From positions 45,756,001 through 45,820,000 of the forward strand of contig CM075984.1 of NCBI GenBank assembly GCA_038087875.1: 64,000 nucleotides of DNA. The letters run 5' to 3'. Within the stretch, counting starts at the first letter, position 1. Every line of letters starts with the position of its first letter. Below the pieces are notes generated by a model. The model searched no databases. It saw only the letters and a list, made by a program, of their open reading frames with translations, and was not told the origin of the DNA. Source of the DNA: Malacoraja senta (Eukaryota). Positions 42,978 to 56,279 of this stretch are shown piece by piece. Made by a program: the position numbers and the translations under genes.

Positions 42978-43827
42978 TAACTCAGATAACTTAGGATAAA
43001 TGTTGATAAGCTATTTATATATAAAGGGAACACAAGATTGGTTCCCAGAATACATAAAGTGGTGCTGAAGTAAAGATTAACCACGATCTTACTGAATGGT
43101 GGTACAGGCACTAGGATGAATCTACTTTTGTTTCCATGAATTTCGATTTTGAAAACAATTGAAATTTATTGTTGGATGCTTCCTCCACATTGATATGATG
43201 TACAGCACTAATGGTGGGAGACCAAGGTTTTAATTTCCATGCTGCTGGATCCATTACTGATTTAAGACAATTATACATGACCCAGTTACGACTATTGAGA
43301 TTGTTGAAATGTAGCAAAGAAAAGGCACGATGCAAATTAACACATTACCAAAAAGACACGTACATTTAGTAGCTTACTGCGATAGTTTGTAAACTGTATT
43401 TGTCCAAAACCACCGTGGAAACAGAAAATATTTTTTTCCTGGTATTTGTCAAGGAGTGAAAGATTCCCAGGGGCACCATATTACTAAATGTATGATAAAA
43501 AATTTGCGTAGCTTTCAAAATTAATTCCCATTGATTTCAATGACACCGACATTCAGAAAAGGAATCTTGGAAGGATAAATTGCATTTTTAGAGAACCCGA
43601 CGGTGGATTAACTTTACTCCATTGGACAAAAACATTTGTTTTGCTTTGCTCATCTCATATTCACTGTTTAATGGAGAGCAATGACAGTGTGAGATCATGA
43701 GCTCAAGAGCTGTTCTTTAAGATGACTGTTTCAACGTTGCAAACTGTACATATCACAGATATAATGTGCAGTGCTATCTTGCAATCTATTCATTTATAGA
43801 TAGTAATGCTAATTAACAAACTTATTA

Positions 43828-44112
<285 letters not shown>

Positions 44113-46409
44113 TCATTTTCAAATATAAAATAACAATGAAAAGATAAAATCACTTAAAAAAAATACTTTTCTATCAGTCAGATTATTCACCATTACTACG
44201 GATGGTGGTCACGGTAGTGAGGGGAGAATGGTGCAATTGTCACAAAGCAGTTTACATCCACCTTTTCGTAGCTTACTTGATTTGTAATACATCACTTTAA
44301 AAAAAACTCATTATTACTTCACTTCAAGGCCAAAGTAAGGAAAAAAAATAACAGATCTGATAAATTATCAGTCTGTGCAGAGTCTAAAATTCTGACACCA
44401 AGAACCACCGCAATATTAGGATAAAATAGTATCTATTTCAAAATGGCATGACTTTTATATGGCAAATTAATGTGTTTGTTAAATGACTTAATTCGTGACT
44501 TACTAAGAATGAACATTTTTTTAAATGCAATTATACAGCCTCTAACGTAATAAAGCACGAGGCTTCACAGAAATGTTCTAAATAATATCTGATAGACTCA
44601 AAGACAAATACTAGGACTGATGTCCATATTCACGTAAACTTGAAGATATATGAGACCCGATAGGTAACGTTATCAACACAGCCCGTGACGGTGATGTCGA
44701 ACAAACTTATAAGGCTAGCTCCAACAACAATGTCCAAAAGCTATTTGGACAGGGACATGGACTGGAAAGCTGTAGAGGGATATCGGCCAAGTGCAGATAA
44801 ATGGAGCAAGCTCAGGAAGGCAACCAAGTGAGCAAGGATACGTTGGGCTGAAGAGCCTGTTTCCATGCTATGTTACTCAATGAATACAGAAGTATTCACA
44901 AGATGTTTCACAATACTGATGAATTAGAGGAAGAATAATGGAACAGGAATATCTGAATACTAGCATGTCTCTCAATAGGATCATTGGTGATTTTATCTCA
45001 ATAATAATTACCAGGGTTTAAAAATTTTGACTACCAAAGTTTTCCCAATATAGTTCTTGAATATTTCAATTGAACAAAAATAGTTGTTTGCGCACATGAA
45101 GAGTTCCACCTTCACCACATCATGCATTGAAAAAGAAACTACTTTTGATTTCACTTTTTAGTAGACTTAGTAGCAAGCTAGTGTGCTCACATTTCAAACT
45201 CCTCAGAATTTGTTTTCCAACCCCATCAAATCCTTTGTCATTTTCAACATCTTAATTATATCTAATTGTGCCTAACTTTTGCCATCATATGTTTAAGGAT
45301 TTTAATATTAATTTCCTGCGCCTATACTATACCCCCATTAATTATATGCATCCTCAGGTACAATGTGTGATGAACCAATCGTGATTTTCCAGATAGGATA
45401 TGAAGCTTAATCTGTTGTTAGGAAGAAAATATTATTTAACTTCATTTACCAGTTTTGCTTAATAGCACATTACCCATGTCTTTTTGCAAGTTGTTTGTGC
45501 CATTTGACAACTTGCTGCATATTGCAGTTGGGAGGGATCCGGAATTGTGTGTGTCTTCATATCCACAGCGAAACACTTAAAGCACTGTGCAGATCCATGG
45601 AGATTTTGACCTGTCACACTCTGTTAAAGAATTTCCACCTTCAAAACAATTTCCAACCTGTGTTCCCCAAGGCTTCTACGTTTTACATTTTAGTTTTTGC
45701 TAACTTCCACTGGAAGTTAACCTATATGCAATTCAAGAAGGTATTCAGTAAAAGTTTACAATTTCAGATCACCATTTAAGTGACTTCTATAAAAATTTAA
45801 CTAGAACAAGAAATGTTCCACCGTTAAAGAATTTATGCTGAATCTAATATACTATTTATTATCTATCAAAGTATTCTGTCAGTTTACCATGATAACAAAT
45901 CCCAGGTACGTCCCAAAAAGTAATGCCAAAGGAAAATTAAAAACACTGCCCATGCTGGAAGACTGAGAAAAAAAAATATGCTAGGTCAGGCAGCATCCAA
46001 GCAAAAAGAAAATGTTTGAACATTTTTCATCAGAACTGGGAAAGACAGCAAGCAAGTTAGTTTAAGTTGCAGAGAAGGTGGGGAAGGATGGATAAGACAA
46101 AATAAGTGTACACTCTCATAGGACAAGGCCAAGATTACCGATGAGATACGTTGTTGAGGTCAGTAATTATTGGGATAAAGAGAGCAGTTAGAAAATTAGA
46201 ACAAAGGCTAAGAGCAGTTGGAGTGTGAGAAAATAAAGGATCGTGAAAAGAGTAAAACACAGGGCAGGCTACGTGACATATCCACTAGGTCAGGCTGTGT
46301 AATGCAAAGAGAACGAGAGCAAGAGCAAACTGAGCCTCTCCCTCAACGTCAGCAAGGCGAAGGAGTTAAGTTATTGACTTCAGGAAATAAGGTGGCGTAT
46401 ACGCCCTAG

Positions 46410-47650
46410 TCATCATGAATGGTGTGGAGGTGGAGATGGTCGAGAGCTCCAGGTTCCTAGGTGTAAATATCACCAGCAATTTGTCCTGGACCAACCACAT
46501 TGAAGGTGCAAAAATAAAGTACATCACTCGCTAGGTTGGGAGATCTGGACTATACCTGCAGCGTACTTGAGAACTGTTCATTAGTCTGATAAAAGCAAGA
46601 AAGAAGTGTTCCTGAATCTGGTGGAATGTGCTTTTAAGCTTTTGCATCTTCTGACTAACTGGAGGAGGGAAGAAGAGGGAATGACCGAGGTATAAATGTT
46701 GAGGAGGCCTCACCTCACCTATTCCTTTTCTCCAGCGATGCTGCTTGACCCGCTGAATTACTCCAGCTTTTTGTGTCTATTTTGAGGTATAAATGTTCTT
46801 TGATTATGTTGGTTACTTTCCCAAGGCAATGTGAAGTGTAGATGGAGTCGATGGGGGAAGGCTGGTTTGTGCGATGGATTGGGCTACATGCACAACACTG
46901 CAATTTCTTGCTGTCTTCGATATAACTATTACCACCAGAAAGCACAGCAATGCCTCGATTTCCTCAGATTACTTAAGTTTGGCAGGTCTCCAACAATTTT
47001 TCCCAACTTTTACAGTTGCACTGTAGTAATCATCCTATCAGGATGTGTCACATATCTGTTTGGCAATAGTTATATCGAAGACAGCAAGAAATTGCAGTGT
47101 TGTGCATGTAGCCCAATCCATCGCACAAACCAGCCTTCCCCCATCGACTCCATCTACACTTCACATTGCCTTGGGAAAGTAACCAACATAATCAAAGAAA
47201 ATTTATACCTCAAAATAGACACAAAAAGCTGGAGTAATTCAGCGGGTCAAGCAGCATCGCTGGAGAAAAGGAATAGGTGAGGTGAGGCCTCCTCAACATT
47301 TATACCTCGGTCATTCCCTCTTCTTCCCTCCTCCAGTTAGTCAGAAGATGCAAAAGCTTAAAAGCACATTCCACCAGATTCAGGAACACTTCTTTCTTGC
47401 TTTTATCAGACTAATGAACAGTTCTCAAGTACGCTGCAGGTATAGTCCAGATTTTCCAACCTAGCGAGTGATGTACTTTATTTTTGCACCTTCTCTGTAA
47501 CTAACCATATAACATTATATTATATTCTGCACTCTGGTAATTTTATCTTGCAATACTTGTTGAACTTGTGCATGGTTTGCAATATTTGACAGGATAGCAT
47601 GTAAACAAACCTTTTCACTATATCTCAGTAGAGGTGACAATAATAAACCC
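46410..47650 (+). mobile_element. Degenerate Rex1-like LINE 3' end hosting an inverted duplication
   Basis: VESSRFLGVNITSNLSWTNHI at about 46440-46502 resumes as QKAQQCLDFLR at 46936; GTGACAATAATAAA tail. Confidence 0.7.
46502..47493. repeat. 433-bp near-perfect inverted duplication with a 126-bp spacer
   Basis: 46502-46934 is the reverse complement of 47061-47493, with about 4 mismatches by eye; mirrored ORFs appear in the ORF track. Confidence 0.95.
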
Positions 47651-49281
47651 ATAACAATATCAAGATCTTTGTTATATGTCTCCTAGTGAAATAGCAAGAG
47701 CACAGCTGCAGCATGTTCCTGTTGAAGGATGAAGGGCAAGTCTGGCATGTTTAGATAACCATGACTGAAGAGAGAAAAAGGAGGCATGTCAGATTTAGGC
47801 AGTTGGGATCAAGCGAATCCCTCCACGAATATAAGAAGTGTAGGAGTAAATTAACGTCATCAATCGGGAGGGCAAGAGGACAACATAAAATGCATCTGGC
47901 AGGCAAGTTTAGGAAAATCCTAAGAGATTCTACAGGGACATTAAGCACAAAAATGTAGACCAGGTAGAGATGGATAATGTTACAGAATGTTAAAGAACTA
48001 ATTTGATGATGGGTACCATGTGAAAAGATCAGAAGCTCATCTCATGTTAAATAGGAAACTGAGTTTGCAGAATCTAATTCAAACTTTGTTATCAATTACA
48101 AATAGTGGGCTAAATTGTGCCAAGTCAACTATATAAATGTAATTCAGGGCATACCCTGTAAATAAGGATGCCTGGAACTTACTGACAGATCCCAAGGACT
48201 GCACAGAATAGTTTGCTCCATCACTGCACGCAATGCACTAGTCTGGAGAAATCACCACTCAGATCCTATGCCACATAAGACTCAAGGATACCAAACTACA
48301 TAAATTTCAAAGGGGATAGTAGACCTATGAAGTCACAGCAAGGTAAAAATTACACTTATTTTATTTGCACATCTTCTTAATTAATCATATTTACTTTTTA
48401 AATGTTTATTTCTGAATGAATTATCTTTTAAAATAAATTTAGACTTTCACATTGGGCAAGTGCAATGTATGTATTGGCAAATGCTTCCAAAGAAACTGCC
48501 AATGAATTATGTGCATGAGGGACAACATTCATACATTGCTACTTCTGCAAGGAAACATGTCCACGTTGAATAGTATCAAACACCATGCATGGGAAAAGTC
48601 AAATTCCTACGGATCATGTATTGGTAGATGTGGATGAAAGGGGAGTCGATGTTGAATGCTGCAGAGTGGTGGAGGTGGTTCCAAAAGGAGATTCAGGACA
48701 TGTAATACTTCACTAATGCAACAGAAAAGATGATGTGCGGAACTCAGGGAAAAGGAGGCCTTTGAATGGAGGCAAACTCCTCAAAACTAGTATTAAAATG
48801 TCTTTAGTTTAGTTTATTATTATTGTCTCGTGTACAGAGGTATAGTGAAACGCTTTTGTTACGTGCTATCCAGTCAGTGAAAAGACGGTACACGATTACA
48901 ATCAAGCCACCCAGTGTACAGACTTGCACATTTAAGTAATTTATTCAATTAAAAAGACACATTGTTTGATATAACTCAAATACTTGGCCAACTAAAACAT
49001 TTTATAAATGGTATTTCTCAGCTAATGTACTTCCAAAAATGAAATCTAAATTCAAATGGAGGCCAAAAGGCTTGTCAGTATAAATTATAATTTGAATCAG
49101 ACTTTATTTGTAATTCTTGAAAGGCTGGATGAACCCAAGTCATATTTTTGTTACATAATAGTTTATGCATTACAATAGGAAATAAAGGCTAGCAAAATCT
49201 AAAGAAACCAAAACTAAAAAGGAAAATAATAATTCCAAAGCTGGAAATATGAAACACAGCCAAATGTGAATTTAAAAAAAA

Positions 49282-51675
49282 ATGGAGATAAGGCAATTAG
49301 ATATGGAAAATGCAATCGCGCCCTCTACGATAATACATAATAAAATTGCTGCACTCAAATATGAGTTAAATCAAATATATTCAGATCAAATCATAAAACT
49401 TTATCAAAATACTAAACAGCTACACTTTGAGTTCGGTGATAAACCACAAAAATTACTAGCACGTCAACTCCGGAAACAGGAAGGGGAAAAAACAATTTAT
49501 AAAATTAAATCAGATACGGGAGAAATACTAACATTACCCAAGGATATTAATGATAGATTTTCTCAATACTATCAAACACTTTACTCAACCAAAACGATAG
49601 TGGGGTCTGCAGGAATGGATTCATTTTTACAGAAATGTAATCTTACAGGTTTAGATCTGAAAGAGAGGGAATTATTAGGGGCCGAAATATCAGTAAAAGA
49701 TATTGAAGAATCTATTAGATCTTTAAAAAATGGAAAGGCCGCTGGCCCTGATCGTTTAAATAGCGAATTTTATTTTAAAAATCCATGATCTGATCTCCCC
49801 ACGCCTACAGACACTATATACTCATGCCTTCATGCAACAGAAACTACCAGAAACTTTAAATGAATCAACAATACTTATACCCAAAACGGATAAGGACCCT
49901 GAAGACCCAGGTTCATATAGAGCAATTGCTCTCTTAAACACCGATCAGAAAATATTAACCAAAATTTTAGCCCATAGATTAAGTTTAGTGATTCATAAAA
50001 TAATACACCCCGACCAAACAGGCTTTATTCCAAAACGCTACTCATATTATAATCTGAGATGATTATTTAATATTATATACTCAAATAGAATAGCTAATGT
50101 AGATCTAGCAGTCATCTCGTTAGACGCTGAGAAAGCATTCGATCAAGTGGAATGGCCCTATTTATTTTCGGTGATGGAAACATTTCAACTGGGTGAGAGG
50201 TTTTGCACATGGGTTAAGCTTTTATATACTAACCCAGCAGCTAGAATAATGACAAATCAAATGTTATCAACAAAATTTGATTTATCTAAAGGTTGCAGAC
50301 AAGGATGCCCGTTATCCACGTTATTATTCGCCCTTGCTATTGAACCACTAGCAGAGAGTGTTAGAGCACATCCAGAAATATATGGTTATAATACTAAAAA
50401 TACAGTTAATAAAATCTCTCTATATGCAGACGATGTATTACTATATATTACAAACCCAGAAATCAGCATTCCAAACTTGTTAAATCTTATAACTCAATTT
50501 GGTTTATTTTCGGGATATAGAATTAATTGGAAAAATCATGGAATTAAAAAGATGGGACATCTTTATAGAAATGGTATTTTTCTCTCATTTCAGGAGTTAC
50601 AACAGAATTACGGATTACATTCAAATATTTTTTTTAGATATTTACAACTTAAAGATTATGTTAAATCACATACACAAGAATACAGAACTAGAAAACCAGA
50701 GATTCTAGATGAATGTTTGAATAAACACCCTAACACAGTCAAATTAATAGCTTACATTTATAATACTCTTTTAGACAGTGAGATTCCGTCGACGGAATTA
50801 TATAGGCTAGCATGGGAAAAGGAATTAGCTTAACCCATAACGAAAGATATTTTGGACGAAAGTCTACAACATATACATCAATGTTCATTAAATGCCAGAC
50901 ATTCTTTAATATAATTTAAAGTACTACATAGACTGCATTATTCTAAAACAAAATTAAATAGATTTTTTCCTAATATCTCTCCTATCTGTGATAAATGTCA
51001 ATACTCTGCGGCTAATTTAACCCATACTTTTGTAAATTGTATAACAATTAATAATTACTGGATGGATATTTTTAAAATAATCTCTGTAGTTGTTAATACC
51101 CAACTGGATCCCGATCCTAAATTAATAATATTGGGCATATCAGAACAATACCTAAAACTTACAACAAACCAAAGAAATTTCCTTGATTACAGTATAATAA
51201 TTGGGAAAAAATAAATATAAAAATTTTGGAAAAACCCAGCAACCCCCACAATCAAGATGTGGATTATGGAGATGTCGGAGACCTTACATTTGGAAAAAAT
51301 TAGAATTATTTACTAGAATATGGTCTCCATTTATAGATTATTTGAAGGGGTAGATTGGGCCGGCGCGGAAGCCTGACTGAAACCTGAACCCAGGACTAGA
51401 TGAATAGTTATGTTCTCTGACCTACGGACCTATCTCCTAAGTTGTATTATTGATAGTTTATCCTATTTTTCTAATTTCTTCTCTTTATTTCTTTATTTTT
51501 CCTATCTATAAACATAAATAAATAATTAGAGGCAATGTTAATATGTAACCGATAAAGGAGGACTCCAGCTACTTTGGTAACTGGGTCCCTGGAATACTGG
51601 ATATTTAATATGTAATCGTTAAACAAAGTTTGTATTGGTTTGGACTATGATATGCAGATGCCTCTAATAAAAAAT
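49282..51675 (+). mobile_element. L1-clade LINE, 5'-truncated ORF2 with frameshifts and an internal deletion
   Basis: FEFGDKPQKLLARQLRK, GKAAGPD, YRAIALLNTDQKIL, SLDAEKAFDQVEW, GCRQGCPLS, YADDVLL, C-terminal CxxC and AATAAA near 51666. Confidence 0.92.
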
Positions 51676-52042
51676 TGATTAAATTTTTTTTTTTTTTAAT
51701 TTAAGTTAGGCAACAACACAGAAACAATTAATATTTCAGGTTAATTGACTTTCTGACGAAATAATTCAAAATGTTAATTCCGTTTCTCTCTCCACAAAAG
51801 TTGCCATCCAAATATTTAAAAGCCATAGATGTTGTATATCCAAAATAAATGTCATTCAGCATACACATTTTCACATTTCTAGAATCCTCTTCTGTCACTC
51901 ACAAGAACACAATTTCAATTGTCAACTCTTTTTTACAACCTAGGTAAAATAATCAGTTCCATTATTCCAGTCCCCAAGATTAATAAAATGATCTGTCTCA
52001 ATGATTACTGCCCAATATCTCTAACATCAACCATAATGAGGT

Positions 52043-52129
52043 AGACACAAAATGCTGGAGTAACTGCCTCTCTGGGAGAAGGAATGGGTGACGTTTCGGG
52101 TCGAGACCCTTCTTCAGACCCAACTCTTT
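52043..52129 (-). mobile_element. Penelope-like terminal unit with an intact hammerhead
   Basis: 14-bp TSD AACCATAATGAGGT (52029-52042 / 52130-52143). Confidence 0.9.
52085..52122 (-). ncRNA. Minimal type I hammerhead ribozyme motif (Penelope type)
   Basis: UGGGU-CUGAAGA-A-GGGU(CUCG)ACCC-GAAAC-GUC-ACCCA: 5-bp stem I, intact CUGANGA/GAAA/UH core, 4-bp stem II and palindromic ACGU in place of stem III. Confidence 0.8.
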
Positions 52130-52416
52130 AACCATAATGAGGTGTTCTGCGCTTGTCTTCTGGACATTCTAGAAACTTGCACACAGGAACAATCGGTCTA
52201 TGGATGATGCCATCACTCTTGCAATCAGCTCTAGATCACCTTGAGACATGGGAGGCATGTGGGACGAGTCGGGCCTACCGCAACGCGTTCCAGTCGTCGG
52301 CGTCGCGGTTGTTCAGCGGGTGGATCGGGCCTGGGAGCAAAGCTCCCAGGGACACTCCCGCCGCCCGTGAGGCTCCCGGGGACATCGCCAACTCCATCTT
52401 TAAGTTCACTGATAAC

Positions 52417-52943
52417 ATCTGAGGAAGGACATTCTTGCCATAGAGGGAGTACAGAGAAGGTTCACCAGACTGATTCCTGGGATGTCAGGACTTTCATATG
52501 AGGAAAGACTGGATAGACTCGGCTTGTACTCGCTAGAATTTAGAAGATTGAGGGGGGAATCTTATAGAAACTTACAAAATTCTTAAGGGGTTGGACAGGC
52601 TAGATGCAGGAAGATTGTTCCCGATGTTGGGGAAGTCCAGAACAAGGGGTCACAGTTTAAGGATAAAGGGGAAATCTTTTAGGACTGAGATGAGAAAAAC
52701 ATTTTTTACACAGAGAGTGGTGAATCTCTGGAATTCTCTGCCACAGAATGTAGTTGAGGCCAGTTCATTGGCTATATTTAAGAGGGAGTTAGATGTGGCC
52801 CTTGTGGCTAAAGGGATCAGGTGGTATGGAGAGAAAGCAGGTACAGGATACTGAGTTGGATGATCAGCCATGATCATATTGAATGGCGGTGCAGGCTCGA
52901 AGGGCCGAATGGCCTACTCCTGCACCTATTTTCTATGTTTCTG
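52417..52943 (+). mobile_element. CR1 3' end, same subfamily as 11457-13168
   Basis: Near-identical to 12643-13167; inserted into a Rex1 relic (52180-53030). Confidence 0.92.
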
Positions 52944-53895
52944 TATCACCATTGTCAGCCAGATTAACAACAACAATGAGACAAAGTACAAGAAAGAGAT
53001 CGTGTGATCAACAACTAAGCTCTTAACAAGATGAAATGAGAATCTATTCTCAATCATGGTCATAACACAAAATTATTGGGAAAATTAAAACATCTGCAAA
53101 CCAGACCACCACTTATACGTTATTGCAAAATCAATGTTGATCAAATTACTCCAAACGTTAATCTAGTTCATCCTAACTTCCAACACTAATGGCAGAAATC
53201 AGTTAATCGCAAACACATTACACATACAAACCCAATTGTATCAGAAATCAAATACCCTTTTAACCAATATACTCTTGACATTTCTAAATGCCAAGAGGTC
53301 AATTACACAACTTTTGACCTACATATAGTAAAATTTGATAATGTATTAATAATAGAAATAGTGACATCATGGCACAATCAATAAAGTGACACTTAAATAG
53401 TAGAATAACAAAGGTTTGGTTCAGCCTGACCACTCGTGTAATGGTATAAATGTTGATAACACTTGAGCTAAAGCAGTAAAAGCTGCTACCTCACTGCTCC
53501 AGCGACCCAAATCCAATCCTAACCTTCCTTCTCCGCACAGGAAGCATATCCTCCCTCACTGCAGTTTCACTTGCCTGCATCGGATTACTCTCACATCCCA
53601 AAGATGTACTAGTAGTAACATTTATAAGTATACCTATTACTTGTGTCTAACACAGGTGCGCAGTTGGAGAATCCGGGAAGTATTGATGGGCAACGGGTTA
53701 CAAAATTTCAGTGAAATAAGTGGCGTCCTCCAGAACCAATGATATGCTGTTTATGAACAAGGGATTTTTATTCTTCAACCACTCCCCCACCGACTTCTTC
53801 CCCATGGACTAAGGAAAACAAAAATGTTCAAGGAGTGGAATGAATGACTGAATGCAATGCATTCCAAAATACTTTCTAGAATATCCTTCAGAATT

Positions 53896-54208
53896 GGGCA
53901 GTATAGTGGCACTGCTGGTAGAGCTGCTGCCTCACAGCCCTGGTGACCCGGGTTCAATCCTGACGTCAGATGCTGTCTGTGTGGATTATGCATGTTCTCC
54001 CCATGGCTGCATGGGTTTCCTCTGGGTGCTTTGGTTTCCTCCCACACCTCAAAGATGTGCGGGTTTGTTGGTTAATCGGCCTCCGTAAATTGCCCTTGGT
54101 GTGTAGGGAGTGGATGAGTAAGAGGGATAATGTAAATTAGTGTGAACAGGTTATTGACAGTTGGCATAGACTCGGTGGGCCAAGGGCCTGCTTCCATGCT
54201 GTATCTCG
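53896..54208 (+). mobile_element. tRNA-derived V-SINE (HE1-like)
   Basis: A box, B box GGTTCAATCC, V-domain CATGTTCTCCCC...GGTTTCCTCCCAC and a CR1-like 3' tail. Confidence 0.85.
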
Positions 54209-56279
54209 AAGGTAGACTAAATTTGAAGAGATATGGTAGAACAGTGGTGAAATTAGAGTGGCAGTGTCCAGATTTTGGACAACCAGTACAAAAACAATTT
54301 TTAATCCCACCATGGTATCTGGGGATTATCCAAGTGATTACGAATTAAAATGTCTAGTATTAGTTATGGTGATCATGTAACACAGGTTGCTGTTAATATA
54401 AATCAGCTTCATTTGTGCCCTTCAGGGAAGAAAATTTGTCATCCTTAAACTGATGAACCTGATGCCACTCCAATCCCATCAACATGGTTGACTTTTATAT
54501 GGCTATGAGAATAACAAGCAGTGCAAAGATATAAATACAACAAGGAAAAATGTTCTACATGCTTTCAAAGTCTTAAAGGAATGGGTTTCTATAACCTTGC
54601 TGCATCTAGTTTTGTTAATGGAATTAAAAATGTTAATAAAAAAATGTTTCACTAAGGACTGGGAACGTAACAACTATCTTTTTGGGGGCTGGCACAGTGG
54701 CAGAGCGGTAGAGTTGCTGCGTTACAACGCCAGAGACTCAGGTTCGATCCTGACTTTGGGTGCTGCCTGTATGGAGTTTGTATGTTCTCCCTGTGACCCT
54801 GTGGGTTTTCTCCAGATGCACCAGTTTCCTCCCACATTCCAAAGATGTACAGGTTTGTAGGTTAACTTTCTTCGGTAAAATTGTAAATTATTACTAGTAT
54901 GTAGGATAGTGCTAGTGTATGGGGTGATCCAGGGCTCTCACTTAACTTTTATTCCCTGTTGCCAGCCGGGCAACCTAGGCAGCTTTTTAAATTGCCAAAT
55001 GACAGTTTAGGTGGTCATTTAAGACGGTTTGCATGACGAGTGCGATAATGTGCTCGGACGAAGTGCGTAGTTACCAGTCGGAATTATGCTCAATGAAGCA
55101 TTCGCATATTATTTCTGCTTCAAATAGTCACAAACTAAACATATTCACCAATCAAAACATGATATATACCACAATGACATGCAGCAAAATTATAATACAG
55201 TATCTCAATTCTTTTTACACATTGCAATTAATGCAATTTCTATTAATTCTTTCCACTTCCAAACAAAAATGTGGTTGGATTATTCAGCGTATGATCAACC
55301 TGTGTCAATAAATCCTGGACCATGGTAACATATAAGCTTAACCATGCACACTACAGATTGATGCAAGCATGTTTTCTGCAAAGGACCGCAAATCACCATG
55401 ACATGGCCATAGCTTGGGTCGTTAATGCTATTGGCACAGAAACACTCTCGCTTCCCACATAATTTATCCATAACAAAATATACAGGTTGCATGGAAATTT
55501 CTAAAAGCATTTTATAATAGCTGGTAAAACCGACTATACCCATCTGACAGGTTAAACATTACACTAACTGATAAGAGATGGCCAAAGGACATAACTGCAG
55601 CAAATGTTCTTTTGGTAATATGTTTAAAGGTGTCAAAACGCCACATTACCGGACATTCAGATTAGATGTACGTGTTGTGAACAGCAATGAAGATACCCAG
55701 TTTGTACACACCAGATTTTTAAAAAAATTGTTGATAAATGCTATTTCCATCATTCCCACTTCAGAATTAATGTTAAAATTTCAACTGAAATTTCTCCTGA
55801 CCAAATTTGTGATGTATATGACTGACTGTAGAAGTAAAACCTGGATAAATCCAACGTTGCTCATTAAATAACTACAGTACTGATACTCCATATTAAGAGC
55901 ATTGATTTGCCGTTAAAACGAATTCTGTAATAACGTGTCAACGGTAGCAGTGACAATCGAACACTGCGGTTTTAATGTTTCACGTGTTCACAATTTAATT
56001 AATCCATCTTTATGGACTATAACAAATAATAACATTGGGAATTAAAACACATTTGATTGTATTCCGTTATCAAACATAGTCAATGTTCGCTCTGAAGTCA
56101 TTTCCAGCACAATAGGGTCAGGGAGGGGGGTGTGTGTGAATCAGTGCGGGGTGGATAGATGGCGGGGGGGGGGGGGGGGGGGGTTGAGAAGGCAATCGGT
56201 GCGGAATGAATGGATTGAGGCAGGTGAATTAGTACGTGTTGGTGGAGTATGTAAAATTGTGAGGGGAGAGCACGGGGGA

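Noticed and set aside
53896-53965. tRNA gene
   Set aside because: The A/B boxes belong to the tRNA-derived head of a V-SINE; no complete cloverleaf is present.
55033-55871. Transposase remnant within the 5-bp-TSD element
   Set aside because: The frames I translated by eye showed no convincing hAT or DDE motifs; this needs tblastx or HMM testing.
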